A stretch of DNA of 64,000 nucleotides from Spirochaetia bacterium (lineage in GTDB: Bacteria > Spirochaetota > Spirochaetia > SZUA-6 > Bin103): contig OZ241863.1 in assembly GCA_965203055.1 (NCBI GenBank), positions 64,001 through 128,000 on the forward strand, in the 5' to 3' direction. The translations under genes were made by a program, and so were the position numbers. Under the pieces are notes generated by a model that saw only the letters and a program-made list of their open reading frames with translations, ran no database searches and had not been told where the DNA came from. Of this stretch, positions 58,338 through 64,000 are shown piece after piece; position 1 is the first letter of the stretch, and every line of letters begins with the position of its first letter.

Positions 58338-60211
58338 GACAGCGCGCGCTCCAATGACCGGTTGAGGCGACCGGCGAAGGCGACCGGATCAGCGAGCTGC
58401 GCGCCCTCGATGAGCAACGCCTGCTCCAGCAGCAGGCGGCTGGCGTCCTCCAGCAGCCCCGCCTCCGCGCCGGCCGCCAGCAGCGCTTCCAGCCTAGTTA
58501 CGATGGCGTGGTCGGGATTGATCTCCAGCACCGGCTGGAGGCGATCCGCCTCCTGACCCAGCGCCCGCAGCACGCTCTGCATCGACAGCGTCGGATCGTT
58601 CTCGTCGGCCACGATGCAGCTCGGCGAATCGCTCAGCCGGGCGCTCGCCTTCACCTCTTTCACCTCGTCTCCGAGGACTTCCTTGATGCGCTTGAGCAAC
58701 GGTTCGACCTTCCTGGCGCGTTCCTTGGAAACGTCGTCGGTCTTGAGGTCGTCGGCGGTGTCGCTGCGATTGACCGACTTGAGTTCATGCTCCCGGTACT
58801 TGCCAATGGTGGGGATCACGAAGGCATCGATCTCGTCGTCCATCAGCAGCACTTCGAGGTTCTGCTCCCGGTACACCTCCAACAGAGGCGACCGGCGCAG
58901 GTTGGCGCCGCGCTCCCCGGTGAGGTAGTAGATCGCCTTCTGCTCCGGCTGCATGCGGCCGGCGTAATCGTTCAGGCTGGTCAGCTCGTCGTGGGCGGTG
59001 GTGCGAAAGCGGACCAGCTCCAGCAGCGTCTCGCGGTTGGCGTAATCCTGGTACAACCCTTCCTTGAGGGGGCGCCCGAACTCGGTCACGAACTTGGTAT
59101 ACCGCTCGGGGTTGCCGGTCAGGGACTGGAACTCGCTCAGCAGCTTCTTGACCGAAGCGTTGCGGATGCCGGTCAACACGCGATTCTGCTGCAGCAGCTC
59201 ACGGCTCACGTTGAGCGGCAGGTCTTCGGAGTCGATCACGCCGCGCACGAAGCGCAGCCAGGCGGGCAGCAACTCCTTGTCGTCGTCGGTAATGAACACC
59301 CGCTTCACGTACAGCTTCACCCCGGGCCGATAGTCGGCGTAATACAGGTCGGCAGGCGCCTTGTTCGGCACGAAGAACAGCGTGGTGTACTCCTGGGTGC
59401 CCTCGGCGTGGGTGTGGACGTAGTGCAGCGGGTCCTCGTCGTCATGCGTCAGGGAGCGGTAGAACTCGAAGTAGTCGCTGTCCGCCAACTCCGACTTGGG
59501 GCGCTTCCAGAGCGCGGACGCGGCGTTGATCTGCTCGCTGCGCGGCTCCGTCTTCTTGTCCTCCGTCTCCGTGTAGTGCAGATGGATCGGATAGGGGATG
59601 TGGTTGGAATACTTCTTGACCAGGGAGTCGATCTGCCAGCGCGCGGCGAACTCGGCGCCGCCGTCGTTGAGCTGCAGGGTGACCGTGGTGCCGGCGCCGG
59701 TGCGCTCCGCCGGAGTGATCTCGTAGGAGCCGCGCCCGTCGCTGACCCAGCGGTGGGCCTGGCTGTCGCCGGCGCGCAGGCTGAGCACCTCGACCCGGTC
59801 GGCCACCATGAAGCTGGAGTAGAACCCCACCCCGAACTGCCCGATCAGGTTGCTGTCGCCGGGCGCGCCCTCCTTGGCCTCCTGCTGCATCGCGTCGAGG
59901 AACCGTTTGGTCCCGGAGCGCGCAATGGTGCCCAGGTTGTCACGCAGCTCGTCGGCGCTCATGCCGATGCCGCGGTCCGCGACCGTCAGGGTCCGCGGCT
60001 TGGCTTCGGCGTCGAAGGAGATGTCGATGCGCGGCGTGAACGGCGCCCCCTTGAAGTCGGCGTCGGTGAGCGTCAGGTAGCGCAGCTTGTCCAGGGCGTC
60101 GGAGGCGTTGGAGACCAGCTCGCGCAGAAAGATCTCCTTGTGCGAGTACAGCGAGTGGATGATGAGGTCCAGCAGTTGGCTGACCTCGGTCTTGAAACGG
60201 TGTTTGGCCAT
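58334..60211 (-). CDS. htpG: Molecular chaperone HtpG (Hsp90)
   Basis: [28 protein letters not shown] and [12 protein letters not shown]. Confidence 0.98.
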
Positions 60212-60277
60212 CGTCTGCTTGCGGTTCCGTCCTTGTTCAGCGTAACTGGGTCGGCCCGGGCGGCCGGGCGTGGGCGC

Positions 60278-61363
<1,086 letters not shown>

Positions 61364-61483
61364 GACGCACCCTCAGAGTAACGATGCGGCGCCGCCGCGG
61401 TCAAACCCCGCCAGCCTCCCCCATCCCCACCGCCGCCGGTTCACCCCGCGCTTTGTGGGCACGAGCTGTACTCCCCGGATCCC

Positions 61484-61512
61484 TTGACCAAGTTGGCTCT
61501 ATTTCCTATCGT
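61484..61512 (+). promoter_or_regulatory. Sigma70-like promoter of higBA with overlapping palindrome CCAA-G-TTGG
   Basis: TTGACC, 17-bp spacer, TATCGT. Palindrome at 61488-61496. Confidence 0.5.
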
Positions 61513-61548
61513 GCTACTTGAGTTGATTTCGGGAGCGAAGTATATTGA

Positions 61549-61842
61549 ATGAGAATTATCGCCAAGAGGACGTTGCGGGAGTTCTGGGAGCGTCACCGGG
61601 ACTCGGAACCTCCGTTGCGCGCTTGGTATCAGGAAGTCGCGCGAGGGGATTGGGATACGCCGGCCAAGTTGAAGACGCGGTATCCGAGCGCCAGCATCGT
61701 CGCCGGCAACCGCGTGGTGTTCAACATCAAGGGCAATACCTACCGGCTGGTAACGAAGATCAACTATCGATACCGCGCCGTCTACGTGCGGTTCCTGGGA
61801 ACCCACGCCGAGTATGACGCCGTGAACGTGGAGGAGGTGTGA
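61549..61842 (+). CDS. higB: HigB family mRNA interferase toxin
   Basis: MRIIAKRTLREFW, RVVFNIKGN-x-YRL and GTHAEYD. Confidence 0.93.
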   Translation: MRIIAKRTLREFWERHRDSEPPLRAWYQEVARGDWDTPAKLKTRYPSASIVAGNRVVFNIKGNTYRLVTKINYRYRAVYVRFLGTHAEYDAVNVEEV

Positions 61843-61843
61843 G

Positions 61844-63058
61844 ATGGCCGAGGTCAAGCCGATCCGGACCGAGGCGGGCTATACGGCCGCGCTCGCCCGG
61901 GTCGACGAGCTGATGGACGCCGAGCCAGGGACCCCGGAAGGCGAGGAACTCGATGTGCTGGTTGACTTGGTGGAGTTGTACGAGAGCAAGCACGTGCCGA
62001 TGGAGTATCCGAGCCCCATCGCCGCGCTCGAGTTCCGCATGGAGCAGGCGGGGTTGGCACCGCGCGATCTGGTCCCTTACCTCGGCAGCCGCGCCAAAGT
62101 GGCGGAAGTGCTCTCCGGCAAGCGCGCAATCACCATGCCGATGGCGCGCGCCCTCCATCGGCATCTGGGAATACCGGCCGAGGTGCTGCTGCGCGAGCCA
62201 ACTGCAATCGCCGAGCAACCGTTGGCGAACATCGAATGGAGCCGCTTTCCTCTCAGGGAGATGGCCAAGCGGCAGTGGATTCCGGATCTCCCTGACCTCG
62301 CGCAGCGGGCGGAAGCGCTGGTCGGCGATTTGATCAAGCGCTCCGGCACCCGGCAGGTGGCTCCTGTCGGTCTGTACCGCAAGAACGACCGCCTCCGTAC
62401 CAACGCCAAGACCGATTGGTATGCGCTCCAGGCGTGGTGCTGGCAGGTGTTGGCGTCGGCGAATCGGAATCCGCCGACGACGAAGTACGCGCCGGGCACG
62501 GTCACCTTGGAGTTCCTCGGACAGGTCGCACGGCTGAGTCGTGAGGAGGAGGGCCCGCGTCTTGCCCACGAGTTCCTGGCAACCCACGGCATCCCGCTGG
62601 TCGTCGAACGGCATCTGCCGCGCACCTATCTCGACGGAGCGGCGCTCCGTCTCGGCGGCCGGCCGGTGGTCGCTCTGACCCTGCGCTACGACCGCATCGA
62701 CGGCTTCTGGTTCTGTCTGCTGCACGAGCTGGCGCACGTTGGCCGCCACCTGGACCACGATGTCGGCGCCGCCTTCGTCGACGACCTGTCACTGCGCAAG
62801 CCGGATGGGACAGCCGAAGACCGGCGCGAGGCGGAGGCGGACGAATGGGCCGCGGAGGCGCTCATCCCGGGCTCGGTCTGGGAAGCGAGCGCGGTGAGGA
62901 ATGAGCCGACACCGCTGGCGGTCATGGGCTTGGCCCAACGCCTGCAGATTCATCCGGCCACGATTGCCGGCAGGGTCCGGTACGAGCGCCGGAACTATCG
63001 GCTGCTGTCCCAATTCGTCGGCACCGGTAAGGTCCGCCGACAATTCGGCATTACATAA
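61844..63058 (+). CDS. higA: HigA-type HTH antitoxin fused to an ImmA/IrrE-like Zn metallopeptidase
   Basis: KPIRTE-x-x-Y...LVELYE and HTH (SRAKVAEVLSGKR). Also LDGAA, TLRYDRID-x-FWF, HELAH and E-x-EAD. Confidence 0.9.
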   Translation: MAEVKPIRTEAGYTAALARVDELMDAEPGTPEGEELDVLVDLVELYESKHVPMEYPSPIAALEFRMEQAGLAPRDLVPYLGSRAKVAEVLSGKRAITMPMARALHRHLGIPAEVLLREPTAIAEQPLANIEWSRFPLREMAKRQWIPDLPDLAQRAEALVGDLIKRSGTRQVAPVGLYRKNDRLRTNAKTDWYALQAWCWQVLASANRNPPTTKYAPGTVTLEFLGQVARLSREEEGPRLAHEFLATHGIPLVVERHLPRTYLDGAALRLGGRPVVALTLRYDRIDGFWFCLLHELAHVGRHLDHDVGAAFVDDLSLRKPDGTAEDRREAEADEWAAEALIPGSVWEASAVRNEPTPLAVMGLAQRLQIHPATIAGRVRYERRNYRLLSQFVGTGKVRRQFGIT

Positions 63059-63652
63059 ACGGTCTGAGGGCGGGCAGGCGCCGGTGGCCTGCAGTTGGCG
63101 TCGAGGGTAGTCGCTAGAGCTCAGCTCGCTGGGGGTGCGCCCGACTGCGGGCATGACGGCGCGGCGGAGGGCGGGGAGCAGCGCCTGCAGGTAGCGGGCC
63201 ACCGTGCGGTGGTCGGCCAGCACCCGGCCCACGCCGTCGTCGATGAGGGCGCGCACGGGGAGCGGCGCCGCGGCCGGTACTTCGTGCCGGTCGAGCACGC
63301 GCGGCGCGCCGTGCGGGGTGACCAGCACGTCCACCCACAGGTCGCGCCAGGCGAAGCGGCCGGCGGCCAGCGTCACTTGGTCGCAGATGTTGAAGTAGAG
63401 CGCGCGCGGAGCGGTCAAACCGGGCGCCATCCAGGCGTACAGGTTGTAGGGGCGGTCCTCCCAGAACAGGCCGAAGGTTACCGTGCCGCGCGGCAGATGG
63501 ATGCCGCCCGGATCGTAGGCGCGGTCGCTGACGAAGTGCAGAACGCCGTGGCCCGGGCGCAGCAGCAGCAGGCGGGCGCGGAACCGGTTGCGGCGCCCGT
63601 CGGGGTAGCGCTTCTCCTCGTAGCACCAGCGCGGGTAGCCGCGGCCGGTCAC
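62789..63652 (-). CDS. DUF402-like protein (3' end uncertain)
   Basis: YNLY, YFNI, DLWVDV and VLD motifs. GTG start overlaps the upstream stop; the frame runs on into higA antisense. Confidence 0.6.
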   Translation of the reverse strand: MTGRGYPRWCYEEKRYPDGRRNRFRARLLLLRPGHGVLHFVSDRAYDPGGIHLPRGTVTFGLFWEDRPYNLYAWMAPGLTAPRALYFNICDQVTLAAGRFAWRDLWVDVLVTPHGAPRVLDRHEVPAAAPLPVRALIDDGVGRVLADHRTVARYLQALLPALRRAVMPAVGRTPSELSSSDYPRRQLQATGACPPSDRLCNAELSADLTGADELGQQPIVPALVPDPAGNRGRMNLQALGQAHDRQRCRLIPHRARFPDRARDERLRGPFVRLRLAPVFGCPIRLAQ

Positions 63653-63999
63653 GGGCGCCATTGGCTGGCGGCCAGATCGAGGCGCCCCGCGCCGTCGACC
63701 GCAACCCCTTCGGCCAGCAGCAACGCGCGTTGCCGTTCCAGCCCGTTGCCCGGCGGCAGGCGAATGACGCCGCCGGCGCCGATCACGCGATGCCAGGGCA
63801 GCGCGCGGCCGGCGTAGACCCGCAACGCCCAGGCCACTTGGCGCGCCGCCCGCGGATTCCCGGCCTGCGCCGCTACCTGACCGTAGGTGGCAACCCGCCC
63901 GCACGGGATCGCCGCCACCACCCCGGCGATGCGCTGCAGCAGACCTTCCGCCGCCGCAGGCGCGGAGCGGCTCGGCGCGCCGGCGCCGGCAACGTGCGC
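63649..63999 (-). CDS. Alkyltransferase-like (ATL/MGMT family) protein, possibly 5' partial
   Basis: IP-x-GRVATYGQVA, ARQV and PWHRV (Trp in place of the catalytic Cys). The frame is open to the right edge. Confidence 0.88.
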   Translation of the reverse strand, partial: AHVAGAGAPSRSAPAAAEGLLQRIAGVVAAIPCGRVATYGQVAAQAGNPRAARQVAWALRVYAGRALPWHRVIGAGGVIRLPPGNGLERQRALLLAEGVAVDGAGRLDLAASQWRP

Positions 64000-64000
64000 C

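Overview
High-GC bacterial chromosomal segment. The gene order ymdB-like, rpoN, hpf, hprK, ptsH, lexA, holA, plus the MoxR/DUF58 cluster and Opp system, suggests a Spirochaetota-type organism (inference only). Most of the window is housekeeping or metabolic: ppx, pyrE, two MoxR ATPases, a GH31 glycosidase, an Opp/Dpp ABC system, trpB2, a Mo-hydroxylase pair, arfB, a DrrAB-like exporter, chrA, uvrC, dcd, gltA, a PhoBR-like pair, htpG, trpS, tRNA-Leu(CAG) and tRNA-Ala(CGC). Four toxin-antitoxin-like pairs are scattered through it, one with a deleted toxin. The best accessory signal is a defence-like region at about 24.3-35.2 kb. It holds an AAA/PD-(D/E)XK gene, an ABC-ATPase/TOPRIM-like gene, a probable DNA-methyltransferase remnant and a truncated ABC ATPase. 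It ends in a visibly lower-GC island next to the tRNA-Leu 3' end, carrying an orphan Dam-family methylase facing a tightly coupled NYN/PIN-nuclease plus NACHT/STAND NTPase operon, the top candidate for an undescribed anti-phage system. No CRISPR array, rRNA, integrase or transposase was seen. All family calls come from reading motifs by eye, not from database searches.
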